This document shows positions 52,091 to 64,000 of a stretch of DNA of 64,000 nt, piece after piece. The translations under genes were made by a program, and so were the position numbers. Within the stretch, counting starts at the first letter, position 1. Each line of letters starts with the position of its first letter. A model generated the notes under the pieces. That model saw nothing but the letters and a program-made list of their open reading frames with translations, searched no databases and was not told where the DNA came from. The stretch comes from Escherichia coli (GTDB lineage: Bacteria > Pseudomonadota > Gammaproteobacteria > Enterobacterales > Enterobacteriaceae). Location: assembly GCF_003018235.1 (NCBI RefSeq), contig NZ_CP027437.1; one strand, 5' to 3'.

Positions 52091-52167
52091 TGGCGCGCCC
52101 TGCAGGATTCGAACCTGCGGCCCACGACTTAGAAGGTCGTTGCTCTATCCAACTGAGCTAAGGGCGC
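52091..52167 (-). tRNA. argU: tRNA-Arg (anticodon UCU)
   Basis: Reverse complement reads GCGCCCTTAGCTCAGTTGGATAGAGCAACGACCTTCTAAGTCGTGGGCCGCAGGTTCGAATCCTGCAGGGCGCGCCA: cloverleaf with TCT anticodon and CCA end. Confidence 0.93.
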
Positions 52168-52409
52168 GTTGATACCGCAATGCGGTGTAATCGCGTGAAT
52201 TATACGGTCAACCCTTGCTGAGTCAATGGCTTTTGATCTGGTTGCTGAACAAGTGAACGACCGCGTCTGATTTTCTGATTTATTTCGCTATAGCGGCAAA
52301 CAAACGTACACCGCTGCGCGTCTGAATCAAGAAAACCCGTATTTTCATGTATCAAAGTACAATTTCCCGCCCTAACGGAAAATTGTCCGATCCTATGAGA
52401 CTGGTAACT

Positions 52410-53042
52410 ATGAAACCAACGTCGGTGATCATTATGGATACTCATCCTATCATCAGAATGTCTATTGAAGTTCTGTTGCAAAAAAACAGTGAATTGCAAA
52501 TTGTCCTGAAAACGGATGATTATCGCATAACCATCGATTATCTCCGAACCCGTCCTGTTGATTTAATCATTATGGATATAGACTTGCCCGGAACAGACGG
52601 TTTTACCTTCCTGAAAAGGATCAAACAAATCCAGAGCACAGTGAAAGTATTATTTTTATCATCGAAATCAGAATGCTTTTATGCTGGCAGAGCGATACAA
52701 GCTGGTGCTAACGGTTTTGTCAGTAAATGCAATGATCAGAATGATATTTTTCATGCCGTTCAGATGATCCTCTCCGGATACACTTTTTTTCCCAGCGAAA
52801 CGCTCAACTATATAAAAAGCAATAAATGTAGCACGAATAGTTCAACGATCACTGTGCTATCTAATCGTGAAGTGACCATATTACGTTATCTGGTCAGCGG
52901 ATTATCTAATAAAGAAATTGCCGATAAGTTATTACTTAGCAATAAAACAGTTAGTGCGCATAAATCTAATATTTATGGCAAGCTAGGATTGCATTCAATT
53001 GTAGAGCTTATCGACTACGCCAAATTATATGAATTAATATAA
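52410..53042 (+). CDS. fimZ: LuxR/NarL-family response regulator FimZ
   Basis: Receiver domain (IIMDTHPI…DLIIMDIDLPG) and C-terminal LuxR HTH (LSNREVTILRYLVSGLSNKEIADKL). Confidence 0.88.
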   Translation: MKPTSVIIMDTHPIIRMSIEVLLQKNSELQIVLKTDDYRITIDYLRTRPVDLIIMDIDLPGTDGFTFLKRIKQIQSTVKVLFLSSKSECFYAGRAIQAGANGFVSKCNDQNDIFHAVQMILSGYTFFPSETLNYIKSNKCSTNSSTITVLSNREVTILRYLVSGLSNKEIADKLLLSNKTVSAHKSNIYGKLGLHSIVELIDYAKLYELI

Positions 53043-53044
53043 TA

Positions 53045-53560
53045 TTAATTATAATTGATCATAAATATCGCATCCGCTTTCGCCACACCTGGCTGAACAC
53101 CGCTGGCTAACGCTCGATAATTGGCAAAAAAGTTTAGTGTGACATTGCCATTTGCATCTACTTCCTCAGTCGGGCTCGCCTCCCCCAGTGCGAGCCGGGA
53201 GCGATCGCTATTACGTAATTCGATGGCGACGGTTTGTGCCATTGCGGGATCATCCAGAGCCAGCAGGTTGGCATCAGATGCCGGCGTTCCCGTAAATAAA
53301 ATCGCAACTGAACCCGGAGGACATCCCTCCAGCCGCAGGCTAAAAGGGACGAGTGCCGTGGTATCGCCAGCGCTCAGTAATTGTGTCGTAGGCCATCTGC
53401 CTAAATCTACCGTCTTATCCTTATCCGCTGTGTTTACGGTACAGGAGAAATCAACAACGTTACCGTGCAAATTGATATTAATCGTTCCTAAAGGGTCAAC
53501 TGCCCATCCACTGGAACTCCACAGTAGCCCGCAGAAACAGCTAAAGAGTACTCTTCTCAT
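53045..53560 (-). CDS. sfmF: Fimbrial minor subunit SfmF
   Basis: Start chosen at MRRVLFSCF (signal peptide); fimbrial subunit fold; last gene of sfm operon. Confidence 0.8.
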   Translation of the reverse strand: MRRVLFSCFCGLLWSSSGWAVDPLGTININLHGNVVDFSCTVNTADKDKTVDLGRWPTTQLLSAGDTTALVPFSLRLEGCPPGSVAILFTGTPASDANLLALDDPAMAQTVAIELRNSDRSRLALGEASPTEEVDANGNVTLNFFANYRALASGVQPGVAKADAIFMINYN

Positions 53561-53570
53561 TCTCCGTACC

Positions 53571-54578
53571 TCATTGATAATCGACGCGTAAATACCCCAG
53601 CGCGCTAAACGGCCCTTCGGTCGGTTTTTGACCGGTAATACTGATAGGCCAGGCGCGAAGTGTGACATTGGCTGCCGCAGCTGCATCCAGACGGAAAGGA
53701 ATAACGCTATTGAGATCGTTAGGCGTGATCGGCGTATCGTTCTGATCGGCCACAATAAAACCTAAATCCTGATTGTCCGACACCATCGCCTGACCAGAAA
53801 CGGCACTGGCTTCCAGACGCATTGTTAAATAAGCCTGCGCAGCAACATTCGTACATTTGATCGCAATGCTCTTGGTTTGCGGCATGACACCAGCTGGTCG
53901 ATTCCCCGGCCCTGCCGCACTAAATAACGATGCGCCGATATCACCAAAATCAAATTCAACAATTTGCCCGGCATTTAATTCGCAGTTTTGCGGTACTTCA
54001 ACCCGGCCACCAAAACTAATGGTATAAACAGGTGTAACCAACGGATCGTTAGGCGTTGATGTCACATACACGGTAAACATCACCTGTCTGGGGATCTCCA
54101 CCATGTTAATAAAGGGACGAATAACCTTTAAACGAAATATCAAACGAGAATCCATCACCCCGAACGGAAGGTTTTGCGAAACGTTAGGATCTGTTCCCAT
54201 ACGGATATAATTTTGCGGGGGAAACTGAATATCCATCACGCTATCAACCAGACTCATCGCACCTAATAGATAATCATTTAATTTCATATATTTATAATTA
54301 TCGATAGTTTCCTGAACAATAAAGTTGGTGACATAACTACGGTATGTATAATTCACCAGCGTGCCGGGTGGACAAATTGCTGACACACCTACCCAGCCGG
54401 ATTTTTCCGGTAAAACAACAATCTGGCCTGGCTGGTTATTGGTGCTATTAAAGACATTTGAGAGATCATAGTGTTCATCTTCTGCTACGCCAGTACTATT
54501 TGCACAAACAGTAGCCCAGGATATGTTTGCCAGACACAAACATGCCATTGCCAATAATAATCTGCAGATTATCTTCAT
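53571..54578 (-). CDS. sfmH: Fimbrial adhesin-like protein SfmH
   Basis: 335-aa ORF with signal peptide, FimH-like position. Confidence 0.8.
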   Translation of the reverse strand: MKIICRLLLAMACLCLANISWATVCANSTGVAEDEHYDLSNVFNSTNNQPGQIVVLPEKSGWVGVSAICPPGTLVNYTYRSYVTNFIVQETIDNYKYMKLNDYLLGAMSLVDSVMDIQFPPQNYIRMGTDPNVSQNLPFGVMDSRLIFRLKVIRPFINMVEIPRQVMFTVYVTSTPNDPLVTPVYTISFGGRVEVPQNCELNAGQIVEFDFGDIGASLFSAAGPGNRPAGVMPQTKSIAIKCTNVAAQAYLTMRLEASAVSGQAMVSDNQDLGFIVADQNDTPITPNDLNSVIPFRLDAAAAANVTLRAWPISITGQKPTEGPFSALGYLRVDYQ

Positions 54579-54590
54579 TGATAATTTCCT

Positions 54591-57200
54591 TTATGAGCCA
54601 GAATGTGTGCAAACTGCCGAAATAACAGTGACGGCTTGCTGTAAGCTTTGCTTCGGCAATACATAGTGCGCAATGCAGCGTGAGTTCGCGCCGTCTCCCC
54701 ACTGAACCAGTAATTCACCAGACAATGGCGCACCACTTAAATAAACTTGCCCGTCATCACCCACCATACTGGTTATTCCGGTACTGTTTTCCCGTACCAG
54801 TGATCCAAACGGCACCGGTTTTCCGCCCTGGGTAACGGTAATGAGCGCCCGCACGCCTATGCGGGTATCAAAATTGGCACGAACCAACGCGCCTTGCGTC
54901 GGCACAACGCTGCTAATATTTTTTTCAACATCGATGGAATTCCCCATCGTATTGGTATCAAGCGCGATACGGTTATACCGATAAACCGTGGCATACGGCA
55001 TCACCGCATAGCCGCGCCAGTCGGTTAAAATTCCAGTTTGATTTTCAATGCGTACACCGCCTGCGCCTGGCGCTTTAATCAAAACATTGGTATCCCCTAA
55101 AGGCTGGCTCAGCGTTATACCATTTTCATGCCCGACCACACCGCCAGACAGCTGCCAGTTAACGTCATGTTGATCGCGGTCGTAGTTATACCCGACCCCC
55201 AGCGTACCGTAAGCGGCCTGCCAGTTTGCCGTGGCGCTGCCCGTATACCCATTATTCGAGGTATCGCCCTGGCTTACGTGATAACTCAGGTTGTGGCCTT
55301 CCAGTAAGGTCCCACCAACGCCTGCCAGCCAGCTATTTTGCCCGTTGCTGTTACGGTTGGCGTTAAAGGAGGCATAAGCGCGGTCGAGCGCATTTTCCCG
55401 GGTGTAGCGACGTTTGGTCAGAACATTGAAAGGCACTGAAACATTAAGTCCGACAATACGTTCGTTATCGGGGATCCCTACAGATTCATTCCACGAAAAT
55501 GAGAGTGAATAACTGATGCCAACCCAGCTGCTGGTATACCCCACCTGATACCAGGTATCTGAATCCGAAGTATTCCAGTATTTTTGATGGGTACCAGAGA
55601 TATAAAGCGAGCCAAAGTCATTAAGTGATTGTGAAATATTTAACTGCAAACGGTCTTTACGGCTAAAGCGTAAATTGTGGTAATTCACGATTATCGGTTC
55701 ATCGCGATGCTCACCGTCATAATCGTAATCATATTCGTACCCCTCCATTCGACGATACGCAACATCATCAAGGGTATAAAAACCTTGTGTCGAATAGCGG
55801 TAACCCATTAACTGAAAATTGGTGCCGAAAGTGTTCATTGATTTCGCATAGAGGAAGCGAATGGAATCCCCCTCATGACGACTGTCGTCGGCTAACTGAC
55901 TGCGCGCATGCGTTACATCCAGCGACACTGCGCCCCAGTTCCCGAGGTTGCGCCCCAGCCCTAACAAAAAGGCGGTGTAATTGGCAGATAATTGCGTCCC
56001 GCCGTAGGCAGTAAATTCCTGTGGTAAACCGCCGAGTGCCGTACCCTGAAAAAAGAAAGGCGATGATTGCTGACTATTACCGCTACGAAAATCGCCCGCC
56101 GTCAGGTCAAATTTGAAACGCCCTTCGCGTTGTAAAATTGGCACTGTTGAATACGGAATCGTGTAATTCTGCTGATTACCATCGCGCTCGTCGATGGTGA
56201 CGTCCAGATCGCCATTTGAAGATGTCGGGTGCAAATCTGTAATTTCAAAAGCGCCGGGGGAAACATAGCTTTGATAGATAATAAAACCATTTTGCCGAAT
56301 CGTTAGCTGGGCCGCCGTACGGGCAATCCCACGTACCGTTGGGGCAAACCCTTGCTGGCTATCAGGATACATATTATCGGAAGAGTAAAGCCGTACACCA
56401 CGAAATCCAACGCCATCGAAAATATCACTTCCTGTATTGCCGTCTCCCATTACCAGTTCACTTTTCAGCGGAATAATGGCGCGCTGTACCCAGGTGCCAA
56501 TATTATTCCACTGTTCTGAATGATATCCATTTCCGCGAAAATAGTTCCAGGAACCATTGTTGCGTAAACGCCACGGGCCAATATTAATCCCGCTGAGCTC
56601 ACTAAAAAAATAGCTATCGTTACCATTACCTCTGTTACCGGTGAAATTATAATTCAGGAGTAAAGCAGGAATACCTTCATCCCACTCTTCAGGCGGAATG
56701 TAACCGTGAGCGCTACTCAACAACGCTATCTGAGGAATAGTGATGTTCAGGCGCATCGCTGCAAAATCAAAGTTAATTGTGGCATCAGGTACAGCTTTCA
56801 GTAAATTAATGCATTTATTATTTTGCTGCTGGGCTAACTCGGGGAATGCACTGCTATTAAGGCCAATTCGTTCAAGGAGTGCCTGATTAAAACAAGGCAT
56901 TAACCCACCTGATTTATCACCTGTATTTACTGTCGTCGATTCAAATACGATATCCTGTGAACCAATGAACTCATCATTACGCCAGAGATCCACCCGATAC
57001 ACGCCTGCAGGTTGATGATTACCTCTCTCAAAGCGCGATAAATCAGCAACGGATGTGCCATTCTCTAATAAAAATGCCGGGTTGAAATAACTTTCCGCAT
57101 AGCTTAAAAAGGAGGGTAAAATGGCAAGAGATGAATAACAAATTCCGGCCAGACACCAGGTATACCTCTGCGGAATATCCGTAGTAGTGGGTATTTTCAT
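54591..57200 (-). CDS. sfmD: Fimbrial outer-membrane usher SfmD
   Basis: 869-aa ORF, usher size and position. Confidence 0.88.
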   Translation of the reverse strand: MKIPTTTDIPQRYTWCLAGICYSSLAILPSFLSYAESYFNPAFLLENGTSVADLSRFERGNHQPAGVYRVDLWRNDEFIGSQDIVFESTTVNTGDKSGGLMPCFNQALLERIGLNSSAFPELAQQQNNKCINLLKAVPDATINFDFAAMRLNITIPQIALLSSAHGYIPPEEWDEGIPALLLNYNFTGNRGNGNDSYFFSELSGINIGPWRLRNNGSWNYFRGNGYHSEQWNNIGTWVQRAIIPLKSELVMGDGNTGSDIFDGVGFRGVRLYSSDNMYPDSQQGFAPTVRGIARTAAQLTIRQNGFIIYQSYVSPGAFEITDLHPTSSNGDLDVTIDERDGNQQNYTIPYSTVPILQREGRFKFDLTAGDFRSGNSQQSSPFFFQGTALGGLPQEFTAYGGTQLSANYTAFLLGLGRNLGNWGAVSLDVTHARSQLADDSRHEGDSIRFLYAKSMNTFGTNFQLMGYRYSTQGFYTLDDVAYRRMEGYEYDYDYDGEHRDEPIIVNYHNLRFSRKDRLQLNISQSLNDFGSLYISGTHQKYWNTSDSDTWYQVGYTSSWVGISYSLSFSWNESVGIPDNERIVGLNVSVPFNVLTKRRYTRENALDRAYASFNANRNSNGQNSWLAGVGGTLLEGHNLSYHVSQGDTSNNGYTGSATANWQAAYGTLGVGYNYDRDQHDVNWQLSGGVVGHENGITLSQPLGDTNVLIKAPGAGGVRIENQTGILTDWRGYAVMPYATVYRYNRIALDTNTMGNSIDVEKNISSVVPTQGALVRANFDTRIGVRALITVTQGGKPVPFGSLVRENSTGITSMVGDDGQVYLSGAPLSGELLVQWGDGANSRCIAHYVLPKQSLQQAVTVISAVCTHSGS

Positions 57201-57230
57201 AATTAGCTCTGATATTGTCAGATGATTCGG

Positions 57231-57923
57231 TTAGTTTAAGTTCACTTCTCTGACCGGGGTTACTGAACCATAATCATTAACGGTCTGAAATTTCAGCTTT
57301 CCCTGCACTCCTGAGGGTAAGGGAATTTGTGAATTAACTCTGGGTGCAGCCATAGCATTCCCCAGTTTTTGGCTGCCCACTTGCAAGTTAACCAGGGTGA
57401 CATAAAAAGGTGATGGATTATGAACATTGATATAGTTACCGGATCGCGAAAACTTGAGTGTGTCCGGCGCTTCTGCGGGTAATTCTTGTAATTGAATTGG
57501 ACGGAGAAATAATTTCATGCGCGATAAAATCGCCAGTTGCAAAACATTCCTGCCGTTCAATGCATTTTTATCTACCGAAGGGATCGTCTTAACATTCATC
57601 CAGAACAGAGACTCACGATCTGCCGCCAGCGGTGGACCGGTGTAAATAATACGCAAAGTATTTTCGCTTTTGGGTTCACTAACAAACAGTGGCGGTGTAA
57701 TGATGAATGACTTTTCTTTTACACCGCTGCTGTTTTCAATCCACGAATTGACCAGAAAGCGCTCATTGGTATGGCTATTTCTAATCCATACTGCAGTCTG
57801 TTTAGCATCAGCGGGATAAATAATACGCGTGGCACCTAATGCGATCCCTCCGGCAGCATGGGCGCTGGCCGAAATGATTAAATAAAATATAATGAGCATC
57901 AATAACTTTATTTTAGTCATCAT
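57231..57923 (-). CDS. sfmC: Periplasmic fimbrial chaperone SfmC
   Basis: 230-aa ORF with signal peptide; PapD-like chaperone position. Confidence 0.85.
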   Translation of the reverse strand: MMTKIKLLMLIIFYLIISASAHAAGGIALGATRIIYPADAKQTAVWIRNSHTNERFLVNSWIENSSGVKEKSFIITPPLFVSEPKSENTLRIIYTGPPLAADRESLFWMNVKTIPSVDKNALNGRNVLQLAILSRMKLFLRPIQLQELPAEAPDTLKFSRSGNYINVHNPSPFYVTLVNLQVGSQKLGNAMAAPRVNSQIPLPSGVQGKLKFQTVNDYGSVTPVREVNLN

Positions 57924-58142
57924 AGTTAATACGCCTTGTGTATTCCTGACGGCAAAAATAAGAATTATAAAGAAATGATTGCTTTGGTTTCTTACAACAC
58001 ATCATTCCCTTTTCATTTAATAAAGCGGCATGATACAAAGTGAACATGATTTCGATTTACATTGCCACCATACCGCTTCTGACAACCGGTACATTACTTT
58101 GTTATAAGACGTGATATATAATTCAAAACAACGTGGTTTTGA

Positions 58143-58685
58143 TTATTCGTATCTCATAATAAAAGTCGCGTCAGCATTTGCTTGCCCTGCTGATGCACTT
58201 GTACCGGTGCCTTTATAACGTGCAGAAAAATGAAGAACGTTGGTCCCGGGGATCAAGTTCTGGTTGGTTGAGAAGCTATTCCCATCAGGTTTGAGAATTG
58301 CGGATGTATTATCAAGTATTTCAATACCGACACCCGTTGCTGTTGTTGTATTAGTACTGGATGCAATGGCCAATAAATTATCATTGATTGCATCCGCCTG
58401 ACCAGAAAATGCAACGGCAGCATTAGCGGCAACGACAGGATCGCAGTCGTTCAACTGTATAGTGAATGGAATTAATGCAGAGGTATTACCAACAGCATTG
58501 AAAATATCGGTACGATATTGACCGAGTGTGACAACCTGGTCTGCCGAGTCAGTATTCACTGAACAGGCAGCATTCACCAGTTCGCCCTCAAAGTGAATTG
58601 TACCGCCATCTACAACGGCAGCATAACTACCCGTAGCGGCGAATAGTGCGGCGGCCAGCGCAGACGAAATAAATCTTAATTTCAT
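58143..58685 (-). CDS. sfmA: Type 1-like fimbrial major subunit SfmA
   Basis: Start at [16 protein letters not shown] (signal peptide); FimA-like. Confidence 0.85.
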   Translation of the reverse strand: MKLRFISSALAAALFAATGSYAAVVDGGTIHFEGELVNAACSVNTDSADQVVTLGQYRTDIFNAVGNTSALIPFTIQLNDCDPVVAANAAVAFSGQADAINDNLLAIASSTNTTTATGVGIEILDNTSAILKPDGNSFSTNQNLIPGTNVLHFSARYKGTGTSASAGQANADATFIMRYE

Positions 58686-59155
58686 ATATATTCCTTCAAT
58701 CTCATTTATCGACTCCACATCCGTATATAACCGATTACTTTATTTAAGACACTGATAGTAGTAAATTCCTTTTTATCCTCTAAGAATGTCTTAATTGAAA
58801 ATATGCACTCTATTCTAAAAAATAGAGAGCCCCGTTAGATGAATACTTCCGCGCAAAATATATTCAACACAAATATAGACCTGAAGCGGTAAATTACCAG
58901 GCTGAAAATTCTTTTTATATTGTCAGGTATTTCTTAAATTATCTTAATCCTTTGACAAGGAAATAAGTCAGTTCCAGATTTACAACGCCATCATGGACGA
59001 AAAATGAAGCTTTCAATCTCAGCGACAGTACGCCTCACCTTCGCACGAGGTCGCTTCACGCGATAAATCTGAAACGAAACCTGACAGCGCGTCCCGCTTC
59101 TGACAAAATAGGCGCATCCCCTTCGACCTACGTAACAGATGGAATCCTCTCTCTG

Positions 59156-60022
59156 ATGGCAGCAAAGATTATTGACGGTAAAACGATTGCGCAGCAGGTG
59201 CGCTCTGAAGTTGCTCAAAAAGTTCAGGCGCGTATTGAAGCCGGACTGCGGGCACCAGGACTGGCCGTTGTGCTGGTGGGTAGTAACCCTGCATCGCAAA
59301 TTTATGTCGCAAGCAAACGCAAGGCTTGTGAAGAAGTCGGGTTCGTCTCCCGCTCTTACGACCTCCCGGAAACCACCAGCGAAGCGGAGCTGCTGGAGCT
59401 TATCGATACGCTGAATGCCGACAACACCATCGATGGCATTCTGGTTCAACTGCCGTTACCGGCGGGTATTGATAACGTCAAAGTGCTGGAACGTATACAC
59501 CCGGACAAAGACGTAGACGGTTTCCATCCTTATAACGTCGGTCGCCTGTGCCAGCGCGCGCCGCGTCTGCGTCCCTGCACCCCGCGCGGTATTGTCACGC
59601 TGCTTGAGCGTTACAACATTGATACCTTCGGCCTCAACGCCGTGGTGATTGGCGCATCGAATATCGTTGGCCGCCCGATGAGCATGGAACTGCTACTGGC
59701 AGGTTGCACCACCACCGTGACTCACCGTTTCACTAAAAATCTGCGTCACCACGTAGAAAATGCCGATCTATTGATCGTTGCCGTCGGTAAGCCAAGCTTT
59801 ATTCCCGGTGACTGGATCAAAGAAGGCGCAATTGTGATTGATGTCGGCATCAACCGTCTGGAAAATGGCAAAGTTGTGGGCGACGTCGTGTTTGAAGACG
59901 CGGCTAAACGCGCCTCATACATTACGCCTGTTCCCGGCGGCGTTGGCCCGATGACGGTTGCCACGCTGATTGAAAACACGCTACAGGCGTGCGTTGAATA
60001 TCATGATCCACAGGGTGAGTAA
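59156..60022 (+). CDS. folD: Bifunctional methylenetetrahydrofolate dehydrogenase/cyclohydrolase FolD
   Basis: 288-aa ORF matching FolD as recalled. Confidence 0.93.
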   Translation: MAAKIIDGKTIAQQVRSEVAQKVQARIEAGLRAPGLAVVLVGSNPASQIYVASKRKACEEVGFVSRSYDLPETTSEAELLELIDTLNADNTIDGILVQLPLPAGIDNVKVLERIHPDKDVDGFHPYNVGRLCQRAPRLRPCTPRGIVTLLERYNIDTFGLNAVVIGASNIVGRPMSMELLLAGCTTTVTHRFTKNLRHHVENADLLIVAVGKPSFIPGDWIKEGAIVIDVGINRLENGKVVGDVVFEDAAKRASYITPVPGGVGPMTVATLIENTLQACVEYHDPQGE

Positions 60023-60023
60023 C

Positions 60024-60236
60024 ATGGCGACATTTTCTTTAGGTAAACATCCGCACGTTGAGCTGTGCGACTTGCTGAAACTGGAAGGCTGGAGCGAAAG
60101 CGGCGCGCAGGCGAAAATCGCGATTGCCGAAGGCCAGGTGAAAGTCGACGGTGCGGTTGAAACGCGCAAACGCTGCAAAATCGTTGCCGGGCAGACAGTG
60201 AGTTTTGCAGGTCACAGCGTACAGGTTGTTGCCTGA
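60024..60236 (+). CDS. ybcJ: Ribosome-associated S4-like RNA-binding protein YbcJ
   Basis: 70-aa ORF starting MATFSLGKHPHVELCDLLK. Confidence 0.85.
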   Translation: MATFSLGKHPHVELCDLLKLEGWSESGAQAKIAIAEGQVKVDGAVETRKRCKIVAGQTVSFAGHSVQVVA

Positions 60237-60343
60237 TCCCTTTCCCGGCCTGTAACAACAGGCCGGTTCTCTTTTCAGACTTTTGCCCTCTACGCCCCGT
60301 TCATCCATGCTGATAGCATCGACATTTTGCCGAAGTGACCATC

Positions 60344-60865
60344 ATGCCAACCGTTATTACGCACGCCGCCGTTCCCCTTTGCATTGGTTTAGGGTTGGGT
60401 TCGAAAGTCATCCCTCCGCGCCTGTTATTTGCCGGAATCATCCTGGCGATGCTGCCCGATGCCGACGTCTTGTCGTTTAAATTTGGCGTTGCTTACGGCA
60501 ATGTTTTTGGTCATCGCGGGTTTACCCATTCGCTGGTGTTTGCGTTTGTTGTCCCGCTGTTATGTGTGCTGATTGGGCGTCGATGGTTCAGGGCTGGGCT
60601 GATTCGCTGCTGGCTGTTTTTAACCGTCTCGTTGCTATCGCACAGCTTGCTGGATTCGGTAACCACTGGCGGTAAAGGGGTTGGCTGGCTGTGGCCGTGG
60701 TCAGATGAACGCTTTTTCGCTCCCTGGCAGGTGATTAAAGTCGCGCCGTTTGCATTGTCTCGTTACACCACGCCGTACGGGCATCAGGTGATTATTTCTG
60801 AATTGATGTGGGTGTGGTTGCCGGGGATGCTACTGATGGGAATGTTGTGGTGGCGCAGACGATAA
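60344..60865 (+). CDS. ybcI: Inner-membrane protein YbcI (metal-dependent hydrolase-like)
   Basis: Multi-TM ORF starting MPTVITHAAVPL. Confidence 0.8.
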   Translation: MPTVITHAAVPLCIGLGLGSKVIPPRLLFAGIILAMLPDADVLSFKFGVAYGNVFGHRGFTHSLVFAFVVPLLCVLIGRRWFRAGLIRCWLFLTVSLLSHSLLDSVTTGGKGVGWLWPWSDERFFAPWQVIKVAPFALSRYTTPYGHQVIISELMWVWLPGMLLMGMLWWRRR

Positions 60866-60900
60866 CCGGATGCGAAAACTCGCATCCGGTAATAGCGCAA

Positions 60901-62286
60901 TTACTTACGACGCCAGGTGGTCCCTTGCGGGCCATCTTCCAGCACGATCCCCATCTCGTTAAGACGGTCACGCGCCGCATCTGCCGCCGCCCAGTCTTTC
61001 GCTTTACGGGCATCCAGACGCTGTTGAATTAACGCTTCAATCTCAGCCACTTCACTGTCGTCTGCCTGCGCACCGCTTTGCAGGAACGCTTCCGGTTCTT
61101 GCTCCAGCAGGCCCAATACAGCGGAAAGTTTACGCAGATGAGACGCCATTGCATTCGCCGCTGCCATATCTTCTGCTTTCAGACGGTTCACTTCACGGGC
61201 CATATCAAACAGCACGGAATAGGCTTCCGGGGTGTTGAAATCGTCATCCATCGCTTCAATAAAGCGCGCTTCAAACGCTTCGCCACCGGCAGGCGCAACG
61301 GTTTTATCTGTGCCGCGCAGCGCAGTGTAGAGGCGCTCCAGCGCCGCACGCGCCTGCTTCAGGTTCTCTTCGCTGTAGTTCAACTGGCTGCGATAGTGGC
61401 CCGACATCAGGAAGTAACGCACGGTTTCAGCATCGTAGTATTTCAGCACATCGCGCACGGTAAAGAAGTTACCCAGCGATTTGGACATCTTCTCGCGGTC
61501 AACCATTACCATCCCGGAGTGCATCCAGTAGTTCACATACTGACCATCATGTGCACAGGTGGACTGCGCGATTTCGTTTTCGTGGTGTGGGAACATCAGG
61601 TCTGAACCACCGCCGTGGATATCAAAGTGGTTACCCAACTGCTTGCAGTTCATTGCCGAACATTCAATGTGCCAGCCTGGACGGCCCGCGCCCCACGGAG
61701 ACGGCCAGCTCGGTTCGCCCTCTTTCGACATCTTCCACAGAACGAAGTCCATCGGGTTGCGTTTGTCGTCGACCACGTCAACGCGCGCGCCTGCCTGCAG
61801 CTGGTCGAGATCCTGACGCGACAGCACGCCATAAGTCGGATCGGTCGGGACGTCGAACATCACGTCGCCGTTGTCCGCCACATAAGCGTGACCTTTGGCG
61901 ATCAGTTGTTCAGTGAGTTCAATAATTTCTGCGATATGGTGCGTCGCGCGCGGCTCCATATCCGGGCGCAGAATGTTCAACGCATCAAAATCTTTGTGCA
62001 TTTCGGCGATCATGCGATCCACCAGCGCCACAAAGCTTTCGCCATTTTCATTGGCGCGTTTGATGATTTTGTCGTCGATATCGGTAATGTTGCGCACATA
62101 CTTCAGCTTATAGCCGAGGAAACGCAGATAGCGCGCAACCACGTCAAAGGCAACAAAGGTACGCCCGTGACCGATATGACAGAGATCGTAAACGGTGATT
62201 CCACACACGTACATGCCGACTTCCCCGGCGTGAATAGGCTTAAATTCCTCTTTTTGGCGTGTCAGAGTATTGAAGATTTTTAGCAT
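60901..62286 (-). CDS. cysS: Cysteine--tRNA ligase
   Basis: 461-aa class I aaRS with HIGH (CHIGHGRT) and KMSKS (KMSKSLGN) motifs. Confidence 0.95.
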
Positions 62287-62459
62287 CGAAGATTCCGTTT
62301 AGACATGTGTGGGTAATTGAGTTGCGTATAATACCCATATTTCCCGCGCGAATCAGCATACATTGCGTGATGATCCGATCGTGCGGTTATGCTATAACAC
62401 CACCCTATATATGACCCGAACCGGGTTGAAGCACCAATCAAACGGAACAGGATGCAAAA

Positions 62460-62954
62460 ATGGTTACTTTCCACACCAATCACGGCGATATTGTCATCAA
62501 AACTTTTGACGATAAAGCACCTGAAACAGTTAAAAACTTCCTGGACTACTGCCGCGAAGGTTTTTACAACAACACCATTTTCCACCGTGTTATCAACGGC
62601 TTTATGATTCAGGGCGGCGGTTTTGAACCGGGCATGAAGCAAAAAGCCACCAAAGAACCGATCAAAAACGAAGCCAACAACGGTCTGAAAAATACCCGTG
62701 GTACGCTGGCAATGGCCCGTACTCAGGCACCGCACTCTGCAACTGCACAGTTCTTCATCAACGTGGTTGATAACGACTTCCTGAACTTCTCTGGCGAAAG
62801 CCTGCAAGGTTGGGGCTACTGCGTGTTTGCTGAAGTGGTTGAAGGCATGGACGTGGTAGACAAAATCAAAGGTGTGGCAACCGGTCGTAGCGGTATGCAC
62901 CAGGACGTGCCAAAAGAAGACGTTATCATTGAAAGCGTGACCGTTAGCGAGTAA
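62460..62954 (+). CDS. ppiB: Peptidyl-prolyl cis-trans isomerase B (cyclophilin)
   Basis: 164-aa cyclophilin fold ([14 protein letters not shown]). Confidence 0.93.
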   Translation: MVTFHTNHGDIVIKTFDDKAPETVKNFLDYCREGFYNNTIFHRVINGFMIQGGGFEPGMKQKATKEPIKNEANNGLKNTRGTLAMARTQAPHSATAQFFINVVDNDFLNFSGESLQGWGYCVFAEVVEGMDVVDKIKGVATGRSGMHQDVPKEDVIIESVTVSE

Positions 62955-62956
62955 TC

Positions 62957-63679
62957 GTGGCGACACTCTTTATTGCAGATCTTCATCTCTGCGCGGAAGA
63001 ACCGGCGATCACCGCCGGTTTTCTGCGTTTTTTAGCGGGGGAAGCCCGCAAGGCCGACGCGCTGTATATTCTTGGCGATCTGTTTGAAGCATGGATTGGC
63101 GACGACGATCCCAACCCACTCCATCGCCAGATGGCGGCAGCGATCAAAGCGGTGTCCGATTCCGGCGTTCCCTGTTATTTCATTCATGGCAACCGTGATT
63201 TTCTGCTCGGCAAACGCTTTGCCCGTGAAAGCGGCATGACGTTATTGCCGGAAGAAAAGGTGCTCGAACTGTATGGTCGTCGGGTGTTGATTATGCATGG
63301 CGACACGCTGTGCACCGATGACGCGGGTTATCAGGCTTTTCGCGCCAAAGTCCACAAGCCGTGGCTGCAGACGCTATTCCTCGCCCTGCCGTTGTTTGTG
63401 CGCAAACGCATTGCCGCGCGAATGCGAGCGAACAGCAAAGAAGCCAACAGCAGTAAATCGCTGGCGATCATGGACGTTAACCAAAACGCGGTGGTCAGTG
63501 CGATGGAAAAACATCAGGTGCAATGGCTGATTCACGGGCATACCCATCGCCCGGCAGTACATGAACTTATCGCCAATCAGCAACCTGCTTTCCGCGTCGT
63601 GCTGGGTGCCTGGCATACGGAAGGTTCAATGGTGAAAGTCACGGCGGATGACGTTGAGCTAATTCATTTCCCGTTTTAA
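62957..63679 (+). CDS. lpxH: UDP-2,3-diacylglucosamine hydrolase LpxH (GTG start)
   Basis: 240-aa calcineurin-like phosphoesterase (DLHL…GDLFE…GNRD…HGHTH). Confidence 0.92.
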   Translation: MATLFIADLHLCAEEPAITAGFLRFLAGEARKADALYILGDLFEAWIGDDDPNPLHRQMAAAIKAVSDSGVPCYFIHGNRDFLLGKRFARESGMTLLPEEKVLELYGRRVLIMHGDTLCTDDAGYQAFRAKVHKPWLQTLFLALPLFVRKRIAARMRANSKEANSSKSLAIMDVNQNAVVSAMEKHQVQWLIHGHTHRPAVHELIANQQPAFRVVLGAWHTEGSMVKVTADDVELIHFPF

Positions 63680-63796
63680 AAAACCCGCAACTTTGCTGAT
63701 TTCACAGCCACGCAACCGTTTTCCTTGCTCTCTTTCCGTGCTATTCTCTGTGCCCTCTAAAGCCGAGAGTTGTGCACCACAGGAGTTTTAAGACGC

Positions 63797-64000
63797 ATGT
63801 CTTCCCGCAATAATCCGGCGCGTGTCGCCATCGTGATGGGGTCCAAAAGCGACTGGGCTACCATGCAGTTCGCCGCCGAAATCTTCGAAATCCTGAATGT
63901 CCCACACCACGTTGAAGTGGTTTCTGCTCACCGCACCCCCGATAAACTGTTCAGCTTCGCCGAAAGTGCCGAAGAGAACGGTTATCAGGTGATTATTGCG
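63797..64000 (+). CDS. purE: N5-carboxyaminoimidazole ribonucleotide mutase PurE, N-terminal part (runs off window end)
   Basis: Translation MSSRNNPARVAIVMGSKSDWATMQFAAEIFEILNVPHHVEVVSAHRTPDKL matches PurE. Confidence 0.9.
   Translation, partial: MSSRNNPARVAIVMGSKSDWATMQFAAEIFEILNVPHHVEVVSAHRTPDKLFSFAESAEENGYQVIIA

Noticed and set aside
59172-59414. 80-aa ORF overlapping folD in another frame
   Set aside because: Fully contained within the well-supported folD frame
61078-62283. Plus-strand ORFs of 85-222 aa antisense to cysS
   Set aside because: cysS frame carries the HIGH and KMSKS motifs; antisense ORFs are an artefact of codon bias

Overview
This window looks like an Escherichia coli chromosomal segment (K-12-like backbone: cusS, nfrB, nfrA, ybcH, then fimZ, sfmFHDCA, folD, ybcJ, ybcI, cysS, ppiB, lpxH, purE) carrying a ~42 kb mosaic prophage integrated at tRNA-Arg argU (about 10.2-52.1 kb). 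The prophage has a lambda-like immunity/early region (cI, cro-like, O with ori iterons, P, ren, nin-region genes, Q-like, Gam/Bet/Exo), a lambda-type lysis cassette, an HK97-type head and packaging module, and a Mu/e14-type contractile tail with an invertible tail-fibre segment whose invertase gene is truncated. Just outside the prophage, envY is split by a complete 1954 bp IS100-like (IS21 family) element with 5 bp target duplications. The two best candidates for an undescribed system are both AT-rich cargo cassettes inside the prophage: (1) a two-gene operon directly downstream of cI, in the slot lambda uses for rexAB, encoding a GNAT-like plus PUA/ASCH-like protein and a small ASCH-domain protein; (2) an HNH-motif protein plus a 107-aa protein lying between the ybcK serine recombinase and ybcN, where K-12 DLP12 carries ybcL and ybcM. 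All calls rest on reading the ORF translations and the DNA by eye and on remembered protein families; no database search was run, and coordinates not taken from the ORF track are approximate to a few bases.
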